Below, piece after piece: positions 1 to 11,540 of a DNA stretch of 64,000 nucleotides (within the stretch, counting starts at the first letter, position 1; each line of letters starts with the position of its first letter). The stretch comes from Rebecca billardiae RCC1528 (taxonomy: Eukaryota > Protista > Haptophyta). The notes beneath the pieces were generated by a model, which saw only the letters and a list, made by a program, of their open reading frames with translations, was not told where the DNA came from and made no database searches. The stretch lies in NCBI GenBank assembly GCA_965240325.2, contig OZ251226.1, forward strand, positions 806,001-870,000, given 5' to 3'. The translations under genes were made by a program, and so were the position numbers.

Positions 1-1491
1 GCGGCCGCCGCGGCGTCCGCGCGCTCGAGCGCGGAGACAAAGTCCGCCTTCTTCGGCTTGGGCGGCGTGCTCAGCCCGCGCTGCGCGACCAGGCTCTTCA
101 GCTCGGCCACCTTGAGCTTGGCGTACACCGGCAGCGCCGCTGCCGGCTGCGGCTCGGCCTTGGGCTCCGGCTTGGGAGCCTCCTCGACCGCCGCGCGCTT
201 GGCCGCGGGCATCTCGCCGCCGCCGCTCGCCGCATCGCCAGCCTCCGGCTTGAGCTCCGGCTTGAGCACGGCCTCGGCGTCGGGGATCGCCGGCCCCGCC
301 ACCGCGGCCGCGGGCTCGGCCACGGGCTCGGCCTCCCACGGCGCGTACACCACGCCCTCAGCCGGGTTGGCGAGGATGAGCGCGATGATCTGGATGCTGC
401 GGGGCGCCGGGCGGGAGCGCGCGCGGAGGGCATGGCGCCAGCGTGTGAGTGTGTGAGAGAGAGAGGCGGAGAGACCTCGCGGGGTCGGGGCGCCAACGCT
501 CTGCTGCGCCCACGAGCGCTGGCAGCACGCGGTGCGGGGGGCGTCTGTCGCTGAGTGTGCGCCGCGCACACCTCTTGCCCAGGCCCATGTCGTCCGCGAG
601 GATGCCGCCGAGCAGACTCGCGGGCTGGGCGCTGACGCTCGAGTTGGTCACCGTGTTGAAGTAGAGCACTGCCCCGCTGGGCGCGCGCCGCGCCTCGAAG
701 AAGGGCGGCAGCGCCTTCGCCGCGCGCTCGCGCTGGAGCATCCATGCCGCGCCCTTCATCTGATGCGCGAGCAGCCGCGTGGCGAGCGCCGCCGGCGAGT
801 CGAACGTGAGCGTCTCCAGGACCTTCTGCTGGTCGGCGTAGAGCGCATCCAGCTCCTGCTGCGAGCGCGCCTTGTCGATCACCTGCGTCGTCACCGCCGG
901 CGGCGGCGGCGGCGCAGCCGGTAGCGCAGCGGGCGGCGGCGGGCGCGCCGCCTGGCCGCCGCCAAAGCCGTGGCCACCGCCGTAGCCACCGCCACGGCCA
1001 GCACCGTAGCCGGCACCGTAGCCGCCGCCAAAGCTCGTCGGCGGGGCTGACAGCGCGCTTGACACTGGCGGTGGCAGCAGGTGCAGCTTGCCCCGCAGGA
1101 TCATCGCCTTCGCCCAGTTGAAGCGCTCGGGCGTAGCGTACACGCCGATCTGGACCGGGATGTCCCACTGCGTCCGGTGTGGGTGGATGATCGTGCCCTC
1201 GAGGCGGCAGAGGCGGTGCGGGTCGTCGGCGATCGGGGCGAGCCAGGCCGCGATCGTCGCCTTGACGTGGCCCACCTGCGTCCCCGCCATGTTCTGCACG
1301 CAGATCGCGTTCGAGTCGTGGCGGTTGTTCGGTTCGCGAACGAGGTTCACGTACTCGCCAACGTGGCAGTCGCCCCGGTAGTACTGGATGCCGACGATCT
1401 TGCCATGGATGACCTGCACGAGGCGCTCTTGGGCCTCGCGGTACTCGTCAAAGTCCGAGATATGCGCGGTGTTGATCGGTGGCGCTCTCAT
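1..1491 (-). CDS. HLTF/Rad5-like SNF2 helicase with N-terminal HIRAN domain (5' part; runs off window start). Exons 1491-572 and 396-<1
   Basis: HIRAN signature (GKIVGIQYY...LVREPNNRHDSNAI.V....G.QVGHV), then LLAHQMKGAAWMLQRE and SNF2 motif I GGILADDMGLGK. Removing a GT-AG intron at 571-397 restores GLGKSIQIIALILANP. Confidence 0.9.
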
Positions 1492-1881
1492 CGTGGTCGG
1501 CTGGTCGCGTTCCCGCGTATGCCTGCTGCTCGGCGCAAAGCAGCTGCGCGCGCTCGACGCCGCCGCCGCAGACGAGGACCTCGCGCTCGCAAAGTCGCTC
1601 GGCAGTTTGACCGCGCGATCTCTCGCCAATCGGCCAAAAGCGCCAAGGAGGCAAAGACTGGGACGACGGTTTGTTTGTTTGTTTGAAACAAGCTCAAAGC
1701 CGGATTCGTCAACACCTGAGTCCGGACTCCTCACCGTACCGCCTTATTGATGATTGGCCTGAGTGAGGACCCTTCACCTTGTCTGAGTTGTCACAGCACT
1801 CACAGCCAGTAGCCACCGGGACGCACGCAACTCACTGACGCAAGTCGCCACGGCGACCAGTGTCCTTATTACAGCCGCAAG

Positions 1882-1961
1882 GAATAAGCAGAGACGCACA
1901 CAGCTCAGGCAATATCTCGCCTGCCTGAGCTGTGTGCGTCTCTTATTCTTAGTAAACTGTA
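1882..1961. repeat. Two inverted copies of a dispersed ~50-nt motif forming a perfect 21-bp stem with a 10-nt loop
   Basis: GAGACGCACACAGCTCAGGCA (1891-1911) is the exact reverse complement of TGCCTGAGCTGTGTGCGTCTC (1922-1942). The motif recurs at 26579, 28157 and 53036. Confidence 0.85.
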
Positions 1962-2653
1962 CATCTCGGAGCCTGCCCGTGTCCGTGCCGTAAAACCGCT
2001 ACGCGGTCGCCTTTAATTTAACTGAGTATAATTATTAGAATGTATTTTTAAAAGGACGACCGGCCTTGCTCAACTGTAACTGTTACTGTAGAAGTGACCA
2101 ACTTTTGACTTTTCCGCCTGGCCGGGCTGGCGCCTGCATCACCCTCGCAACGCTGCCAACCGGACTAAACGGACTACCGGTTCACGAAGGGGCTGCTCAC
2201 CGACACCGTCACGGACACGGGCGCGCCAGCGGCGAGTGAGTCGGCGACCAGGAGAATCCGAGGAGACACGCAGTCTGAGTCACCGCCGAAGCCTGCCGCC
2301 TGGCGACACCGTTGATCGGGACTCGGGAGCCCACTCGCGACCCACACCGGCTCAAAGTCCTACGCCGGGGCCGGGCCGCTACCCAGTGCCGCCATGCTGG
2401 CACGAGCCTGGCAGCGTCTGCTCGCCAGGCCCGCGTCCAGCAGTGCCGAAGCGTCGAGGCGAGCCCGGATCCCGACAGCGAGGCTGGAGCGAATGCCGAA
2501 TCTGCGCCCGGTGTGCGCCCCACGGCGTAATGCCCCACGCCAGCAGGGGCCTGCGGCAACGCACGTGCTGGTGACGCGCTGCCTTGCGCGCGTCACAGGC
2601 GCAGAGGCCCGCGGCCCGGGCAGCCGTCTGACACGGCTGGTCGGCTGCCGCGC

Positions 2654-3554
2654 TCAGGCCAGGTTGTTGTACTGGTAGTGGAGCTTTGTCGAGTCGTCCT
2701 CCGAGATCCTGCGCCAGCCCTTGCCATCGATGTGGTACACGCGCACGGTCCCGCCGCTGTACGCGTCGTTGTGCGTCGCGTGGTAGATGGCGCGCCGCCC
2801 GAGCTCCACAGCCTGCGCGCGCGGGCGCGCGTTCACAGCGGCGGGGGGACCGGCGGCGCGAGGTGAGGCGGGGTCGCCGGGGCAGCGAGGGGAGAGCGGC
2901 TGGCGCGCGTGCGCTCCGGGCACGGACCTGCTCGTAGGTCATGTCGTACGAGTAGTTCGAGTCGAGGATGCCGTAGGCGAACAGCGAGCCCGAGCCGACC
3001 GAGAAGAGGTTGCCCGTCACGCGCGTGCCTTCCGAGTCGCAGTAGTAGAGGCCAGGGCCCTTGTGGTCCCAGCCCGCGATCATCGTGCCGATGGACAGGC
3101 CGTAGCCGCGGTAGCCATACAGGATGTTCTGCAGCAGCTTCGACGCGGCGGCCACCGAGATGCGCTCCTTGTGGTTGAGCTCGAACAGCCGGCACCGCAT
3201 TCCGAGATACCTCTGCCAGAACTGGCAGTCTGCCGCGCCGCCTGCCATGGTGCCGAGGAGAAACTCGTTGATCTCGATCACCTTCTTCACGTTCTGCGAG
3301 GCGATGTACGCGCCGGCGGACGCGCGCGAGTCCACCGCAATGATGACGCCATCCTTGTACTTGAAGCCGAGCGTGGTCGTGCCGTGGACAATCTTCATCT
3401 GCTCCTTCACCGCGGCGCCCATCGGGGGCATGAGCGCGCGCTCGGGGCCGAGCTGATCCGGCCGCACGCCCTCGAGCATGTCGAGCCCCCCATCGCGCGC
3501 CTCAGCGTCCTCGTCACGTGCGCCGAAGGGCTGGTCCATGAAGCTGAGGTCCAT
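2654..3554 (-). CDS. PSMB5: 20S proteasome subunit beta type-5. Exons 3554-2928 and 2812-2654
   Basis: Propeptide cleavage site HG|[34 protein letters not shown]. Intron 2927-2813 joins YEQ to [21 protein letters not shown]. Confidence 0.97.
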
Positions 3555-3782
3555 GGCGGCGGCGGCGGCCTTACAGCTCGCGCGTCGCAGCGCGGTGCTG
3601 TCCGCTGTCGATCGCACCACCTCCGGACTCCCAGGATGCATACCGGACTATCCACCGATCCGGATCGGAGATCGGACACACAACGCCGCAAGGGCAGGGT
3701 GGTCAGGACAGACGTGGACGACGAGCCCCTGCTGCTGAGCCACGAGCCGAGGGTGGACGGACGCTCAAGCACGAGCTACTCC

Positions 3783-5418
3783 ATGAGCCGGAAGTGCGGT
3801 CATGCCGGCTGCACAATAAAGCCGTCATTCGGCATGCCGGGCGACANNNNNNNNNNNNNNNNNNNNNNNNNNNNNNNNNNNNNNNNNNNNNNNNNNNNNN
3901 NNNNNNNNNNNNNNNNNNNNNNNNNNNNNNNNNNNNNNNNNNNNNNTCGGCATGCCGGGCGACAAGCGCGCCAGCCGGTGCGCTGAGCACAAGCTGGCTG
4001 GCATGGTCAATGTGGTGAGCCTCATGTGCGATCATGCGGGCTGCGCGACACAGGCATCATACGGCATGCCGGGCGACACGCGCGCCAGCCGGTGCGCTGG
4101 GCACAAGCTGGCCGGCATGGTCGATGTGGTGAGCCGCAAGTGCGGTCATGCCGGCTGCACAAAACAGCCGTCATGCGGCATGCCGGGCGACACGCGCGCC
4201 AGCCGGTGCGCTGGGCACAAGCTGGCCGGCATGGTCGATGTGGTGAACCGCAAGTGCGGTCATGCCGGCTGCACAAAACAGCCGTCATGCGGCATGCCGG
4301 GCGACACGCGCGCCAGCCGGTGCGCTGAGCACAAGCTGGCCGGCATGGTCCGTGTGAGGAGCCCCAAGTGCGGTCATGCGGGCTGCGCGACACAGGCATC
4401 ATTCGGCATGCCGGGCGACACGCGCGCCAGCCGGTGCGCTGGGCACAAGCTGGCCGGCATGGTCGATGTGGTGAACCGCAAGTGCGGTCATGCCGGCTGC
4501 ACAAAACAGCCGTCATGCGGCATGCCGGGCGACACGCGCGCCAGCCGGTGCGCTGAGCACAAGCTGGCCGGCATGGTCGATGTGGTGAACCGCAAGTGCG
4601 GTCATGCCGGCTGCACAAAACAGCCGTCATGCGGCATGCCGGGCGACACGCGCGCCAGCCGGTGCGCTGAGCACAAGCTGGCCGGCATGGTCAATGTGGT
4701 GAGCCCCAAGTGCGATCACGCCGGCTGCGCGAAGCGGCCTTGCTTCGGCATGCCGGGCGATGCGCGCCCCCGCCGGTGCGCTGAGCACAAGCTGGCCGGC
4801 ATGGTCAATGTGGAGAACCCCAAGTGCGATCATGCCGGCTGCACGAATGGGCCATCATACGGCATGCCGGGCGACACGCCCGCCAGCCGGTGCGCTGAGC
4901 ACAAGCTGGCCGGCATGGTCGACAGAGACAATCTCACCGTGCACAAGCGGCGCAGGCTGGCAGAACACCCAGGCAGCCAGCCAATGCACAACGCCAAGCG
5001 ACAGCTAGAGCACACCGACCTCAGGGCCACTACTGCACGCGGTGACGCCATTGCGCAGCCGCAGTCGCCGCTGCCGCCGCCACTGCTCACAGCCCAAGTC
5101 GTGCTTTGGCGCTCACCTGACGGTGTCACTCACGGCAACGATGTTCACATTGGTGCCGAGCAGGACCTGCCGCAGCCGCAGTCGTGCTCGCAGAGCCAAG
5201 ATGATCCTGCTCAGTCGTGCGATGCCCTTCATGGTGGCATTGCCCGACAAGCGGCTTATCCAACGTGTGTGACGCGTCAGTCTGTGGTCCCGCCCGTTCC
5301 CGACGGTGTCGTCACTGCGCGTAGGGTCGTTCTCCCACCGGATGATCCTCGGCGGCGTCTGCTTTGCACGGCGACCCTGGTCTCCGACTCCGGCGGCTCT
5401 GCTGACTCTGTCCGCTGA
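3783..5418 (+). CDS. EsV-1-7-like Cys/His-rich tandem-repeat protein (spans a 100-N assembly gap at 3847-3946)
   Basis: 38-aa repeats CGHAGCTKQPSxGMPGDTRASRCAEHKLAGMVDVVxRK fit the C-x4-C...P.FG...C..HK..GMV.V pattern of the EsV-1-7 repeat. Intronless in the visible part. Confidence 0.8.
3790..4925 (+). repeat. 114-bp coding tandem repeat, at least 10 units (true number unknown because of the gap)
   Basis: ATGCCGGGCGA recurs at 3952, 4066, 4180, 4294, 4408, 4522, 4636, 4750 and 4864, plus one copy before the gap. Confidence 0.95.
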
Positions 5419-5834
5419 ACAAATGTAGCAACGCCTTAGAGTTCAAGCCAACTTATATTTATTGCCTGTCGAGTCTGAGAATAACCGTGGTAACTGGTTA
5501 CAACCGGCGACGCGGAGCTCGCGGCCTAAGAGTGAGTCGAGTATCAGTGAATCTGAGTGAATGTGAATTGTGATGATGCCAGTATAACAGTGAGACAGAA
5601 CGTAACTGACTGACAGTGACAACCGGAGTCAGACCGTCTCAGCGCAGGCATAGACTTCACTGGCAGCGGTTGGCAGCGTTACTTACTGAATAGTGAATGC
5701 CGGGCCCCGCCGCCAGCCCCAGGCCCTGGCGCGGCGGGCCAGGCCCGGGCTGAGACCGCCTGAGTGCCAAGGCTGCGCTGTTAATCCGCGCGCGGTTTTC
5801 GCAGTATAGACACTATAGTATGACTATTGAGTAT

Positions 5835-5905
5835 TGGCAACTGCGTTATTGATTATCCGTATGCAGATCGAAAATTGCGGACCGCGGAATTCGCGGTCAT
5901 AATAT
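5835..5905. repeat. Degenerate solo copy of the TIR of the 56092-56593 MITE
   Basis: CAACTGCGTT...GGACCGCGGAA(TT)CGCGGTCAT matches the TIR core CAACTGCGTTGG...GGACCGCGGAACGCGGTCAT with short insertions. Confidence 0.55.
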
Positions 5906-6150
5906 ATATATATATATATATCGCAATTTAAGACTGACGGCGCTGAACGCAGGTATACGTCTAGCAGCTGAGTTCGCCTCAGACCATCAGATAATTCTGC
6001 CAGGGCCTGCCTGCTCGCTCTATCTCCGGGCGTCGTCATCGAACACAGACCGACGACGACGCCTCGGATAAAATAAATTGCCTCGGATGCTGTGATGGGG
6101 GGATGATGAAAGCGCTATCGCCGCGCATCGGGGCGAAGGCGACGTGCGGG

Positions 6151-6765
6151 TCATCGGCTATGCATGTCCCTGCGCGCGATGTACTCCTCGTACGTGAGCT
6201 TGCACAGCGTGGACTGGTATCGAGTCAGCCGGATCGACGCCCGCAGCTCGTCTGTGACCGGGCCGGTGTAGCCAGCCTTGCGGATGAGTGAGTCAATCGT
6301 CTCCTGCTTGTCCCAGCCTTGCTCAGGCGGCACGTCTGGCAGGTACGTGGCGTTGCGCGCGCGGTTGCTGGGGTCGACGAAGTCGATCCACACGCCATGG
6401 CGGCCTAGCTCCCAGTCATCCCACGCCGCCGCCTGCTCAAAATGCGTCAGCAGCGAGACCGTGCACTCGAGGTGTGGCACCTCGACCTCCTGGAGCGGCT
6501 GGAAGCGGCGGTCATTGAACGCACTTGAGAGGGCGTAGTCCTTGATGGCCATCACGGGCTGAGCCCTGAGCGTGCCAATGCACCCGCGCAAGTGTCTCCC
6601 GCCGTTGCGATCGCGTTTGCTCCACGTGACAAAAAGAGGGTACTGCTCGTCGGTGGGGAAGAGGGGCGGCGGCAGCGGGCCGCGGTAGAAGTGCGTGTGC
6701 AGCACGTCGAAGGCGTACACGCAGTGCTCCACGGTTGCGCCCTGCTGCCGCCGGTTGTCGCCCAT
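6151..6765 (-). CDS. AMMECR1: AMMECR1-domain protein
   Basis: YPLFVTW, hallmark LRGCIGT, SAFNDRRF, ATYLPDVPPEQGW, LIRKAG. The real start is probably the ATG at 6765; the upstream part of the 718-aa ORF is antisense to the GT77 gene. Confidence 0.93.
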   Translation of the reverse strand: MGDNRRQQGATVEHCVYAFDVLHTHFYRGPLPPPLFPTDEQYPLFVTWSKRDRNGGRHLRGCIGTLRAQPVMAIKDYALSSAFNDRRFQPLQEVEVPHLECTVSLLTHFEQAAAWDDWELGRHGVWIDFVDPSNRARNATYLPDVPPEQGWDKQETIDSLIRKAGYTGPVTDELRASIRLTRYQSTLCKLTYEEYIARRDMHSR

Positions 6766-6904
6766 GCTCACCGGGAACGGAGCGTCGTCGCCGTCCGAGG
6801 CCCGCCAGCAGCAGTGCATCCGCGGTCGGGCGGCGCCTGGTGCTTCTTTCTTTGCGAGCGCCGTTTCGTCGAACTCTCGTCCGCCCTTTATTGCCGTCTT
6901 CGTC

Positions 6905-9181
6905 ATGGCGGCGCCGCCGCGAGGGCCGCACGACGCACCGCGATGGCGCCCGGTGGCCACGTTCGCCGGCGCGCTGATTCTGCTCATCATGCTGGGGAAC
7001 GTGTCGTTCGTGCGTAACCTGCGCGTGCGCGCCTCTCCCTCCACCCATCGCGAGCTGGCCAGCACGCCCGCGAGGCTGCGCGCGGCGTTGTACGCCCAGC
7101 GCCGCTTCAACGCGACGCACTCGTCGTCCGCACGGACGCGCGGCCCCGTGGAGGCGGCCGCATCGCCGCCCGGCGGCGGTCTGGAGGCCGAGCAGCCCGC
7201 CGCGCTGCCCATGAGCGTGCGGCCCGGTGCCGTCGCGCCGCAGCCGTTGGACCTCGTGATGAACGACGCCGCGCGCACCCGTCTCGACCGCGGCCCGCGC
7301 GGCCTCCTGTTCGTCACGTTCGGCAGCGCGTCGATGACGGAGTTCATGCACAACTGGATGCACCACGTGGCGGCCCTGCACGTCGAGGAGTACGTGCTCG
7401 CCGCCCTCGACGACGCCACCTTCGACTTCTGCGGCCGCGAGGGGTACCCGAGCGTGAAGCTGCCGGAGCGGCAGCGGATCCAGCTGGACGGCAAGGGCGA
7501 GCAGACGTACTTCCGCATGGACCACCTCAAGTTCCTCGTGATGGGCATCATGAAGAGCGACCTGCTCGGCGCGTTCGTTCGCGCCGGGTACGACGTCCTC
7601 CTCTCCGACCTCGACATTGTCTGGCTCGCCGACCCGCAGCCGTACCTGAGCCCGCCGACCGCGCCGGCGCGTGCCGTGCTCGTCTCGCTCGCCGACATCG
7701 TGACGGCGAGCGACGCGGTGGACACGCAGTCGGACAGCGAGGCGGGCGGGTGGCTCACGAAGCAGGAGATCAACACGGGCGTCCTCCTCTTCCGCGCCAC
7801 CAAGCCCGCCGTCGCCGTCATCGACGACTGGCGCGAGCGCATGGTCGTCGCCGTCGAGCAGAAGAAATACGAATTACGCAACGACCAGCTCTTTTTCAAC
7901 GACGCTGTGAAGCAGCAGGGGCTCGAGGCGGTCGCGCTCGCGGCGTGCGAGGCGGGGCTGCGCGCGTTCGGGCGGGCAGACATGGATGCGCTCGAGATCG
8001 CCGCCAAGGCCTCCCGCGTCCGCGGCATCTTCCGCGCCAAGCGCGCTCTGCCGTACATCGCGCCGCCGCCGCTCCGCCGCCCGGGCGAGCCGGCGACGGG
8101 CGCGCGCGGCTTGGCGCGCGCGGAGCAGGTGTCCTTCACGCTGAGCACCTTCTCGATCACGGAGTTTGCGAACGGCCACACCTTCTTCGTGCAGCGCCTG
8201 CACGAAGTCCTCGCGCTCACCCCCTTCGCCGTGCACACCACCCACCAGTTCGCCGACACGATGGCGTACGCGCTCGGCAAGCGGCAGCGGCTGCGCGAGG
8301 TGGGCAAGTGGGCGGTCGACCCGCCCAGCTACTACTCGGAGGGGAACTACCTGGCGCTGCACGGCGAGCTGCTGCGCGAGGAGGACGTGCGTGAGGGCAT
8401 GGCGATGTACCCCGCCCACGACCCGCGGCGCCACATCCAGATCGACTCGCGCCAGCGCGAGGTCCTTCGGGACGCGCTCGCGCTCGCGCGCGCCACCGGC
8501 CGCACGCTCATCATGCCGCAGCTGCAGTGCTGGTGTGATCGGTTCTGGAACCGGCTCAAAGGCTGCCGCTACCCGACGGACCACAGCCTGAAGATGCCGT
8601 TCCGCTGCCCGATGGACCACCTCTTCTTCATCGACAAGTGGGACAAGGCCAAGCTGCCGTACAGGGAGTCCTCCTTTCTCAACTCCTCGCGCACGCCGGC
8701 CGCGCTGCTCAGCTCGCGGCTGCGGCTCACAGTCGTGGGCGCGCCCGCCGGCGCGAGCGGCGCGCCGCAGCAGGCGCCGCTCGCGCAGCGGAAGGAGGGC
8801 GAGCTCGCGGTGGCCGAGGGCACGTGCTTCTCCGAGATCGCGGGCGCCCTCGGCTCCGGGCAGGTGCCGCGCGTGCTCGACGTCGACGTGGCCGACCTGC
8901 GCCGCCTCTGCCCGTGGCTCGGCTCGGCAGACGCGCAGCGCGAGTTCAACAGCGCGACCAAGTCGGCGCTGCACCACACAGTGCGCTTCTGCACGGAGGA
9001 GCGGCTGGACGGGGGCGTGAACTGCCCGTGGGGCTACCGCCCGCCGCCCGCGCTGCCGGGCACGCTCGAGCGCGCGCGCGCATTCGCGCGCGAGCGGCCT
9101 TCTGTGGTGGTTCACGAGCACTCAGAGCCGAGGCAATGCCACGTGAAGGACGAGCAGACACTCGAGTACGCGTGCGCATGA
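6905..9181 (+). CDS. GT77-family nucleotide-diphospho-sugar transferase (XEG113-like arabinosyltransferase), type II membrane protein
   Basis: N-terminal TM helix, GYDVLLSDLDIVW (DxD), INTG, NDQ..FN, FANGHTFFVQ, VH.T.QF...GKRQRLRE...W..DPP.YY and CWCDRFW...PFRCPMDH. Confidence 0.85.
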   Translation: MAAPPRGPHDAPRWRPVATFAGALILLIMLGNVSFVRNLRVRASPSTHRELASTPARLRAALYAQRRFNATHSSSARTRGPVEAAASPPGGGLEAEQPAALPMSVRPGAVAPQPLDLVMNDAARTRLDRGPRGLLFVTFGSASMTEFMHNWMHHVAALHVEEYVLAALDDATFDFCGREGYPSVKLPERQRIQLDGKGEQTYFRMDHLKFLVMGIMKSDLLGAFVRAGYDVLLSDLDIVWLADPQPYLSPPTAPARAVLVSLADIVTASDAVDTQSDSEAGGWLTKQEINTGVLLFRATKPAVAVIDDWRERMVVAVEQKKYELRNDQLFFNDAVKQQGLEAVALAACEAGLRAFGRADMDALEIAAKASRVRGIFRAKRALPYIAPPPLRRPGEPATGARGLARAEQVSFTLSTFSITEFANGHTFFVQRLHEVLALTPFAVHTTHQFADTMAYALGKRQRLREVGKWAVDPPSYYSEGNYLALHGELLREEDVREGMAMYPAHDPRRHIQIDSRQREVLRDALALARATGRTLIMPQLQCWCDRFWNRLKGCRYPTDHSLKMPFRCPMDHLFFIDKWDKAKLPYRESSFLNSSRTPAALLSSRLRLTVVGAPAGASGAPQQAPLAQRKEGELAVAEGTCFSEIAGALGSGQVPRVLDVDVADLRRLCPWLGSADAQREFNSATKSALHHTVRFCTEERLDGGVNCPWGYRPPPALPGTLERARAFARERPSVVVHEHSEPRQCHVKDEQTLEYACA

Positions 9182-10044
9182 GCGACGCGATCACGATCAA
9201 TGACAATCACGCGATTGTCGTCGTCACGATCTGATTCTGAATCATCAGGCGAGTCTCAGTAGTCGTCACAGTTCATCATAGCAGTGTTTAACAGATCCGC
9301 CGAGAGTAGGTCACGGAACCTGAGCCCCGTGCTGGGACCGGCGGCTTCCGCCGCGTATTACTATATAGTACGACTGCGCTCCAGTCACCAGTGCAGACAG
9401 TATGCGCAGGTCTTGCGTCGTGGTTCGGATCGGGCGATTCGGATTCCGAATACAATAATTTAATCGGATGCCCCGGATGGCGCGAGCCGCGTCAGTACTC
9501 AGTCGACAACGTCGCGGCGTGAGTGATGAGTCCGTGTCGCCGGGACTGAGTCCGGACTGTCGGGGGTCACTGCATGACTCATGACTCCGATTGAGACTTC
9601 GAGCAGTCATAATGTCTTATCATGACTGCTGCTCATTGACTGACATGACGGTAGCAGCGCGCACTGCTGAGTGACTGCTGCCGTCTGATTAGAGTACCGC
9701 CGTGTAACTAGTAACCGTCGCCGGAGCCTTAGGAGCACTCGGCCTCGGGCGGCATCAAGACCTGACTGACAGACTGTTTCGCAGCCTGAGATGCTACTCT
9801 GCAATAATAATAAGACTATAAGTCTTAGACTGTTATAAGTGCTCCGCCACTGCTGCTCGCTGCGAGTGCGCGGGCATCTTGACGGCCGCGATCGGGCCAA
9901 TCAGCGATGCGCGCACGACCGAGAGGCGAGACTCCGTACTCACCGCCAGCTTCGCCAGCACGGGAACAAGCATCATCATTCATAGCATCTGGTGGTGAGC
10001 ATCTGCCGCACCAGTAGTTAGCACTAGAACCTGCTTGCGGCTGA

Positions 10045-11391
<1,347 letters not shown>

Positions 11392-11540
11392 TCACGGCCA
11401 CGCGGGTGAAAGTGGTTGTGACAAGGGCGGCGTGACGCGGCTCTGGAGCTCTGTCGCGACTCGGGCCGCGGAACTCATCACGGAAGAATCGCATGGCGGA
11501 CGTGGTCGGCAGCTGACCCGTCGTCGGAGCTTGACCAGGC

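Noticed and set aside
3790-4925. Regular repeat array resembling CRISPR
   Set aside because: Units are contiguous 114-bp in-frame coding repeats with no unique spacers and no cas genes.
3783-5418. Endogenous giant-virus insertion
   Set aside because: Only one virus-associated repeat gene; neighbours are host housekeeping genes, with no NCLDV core genes or compositional break.
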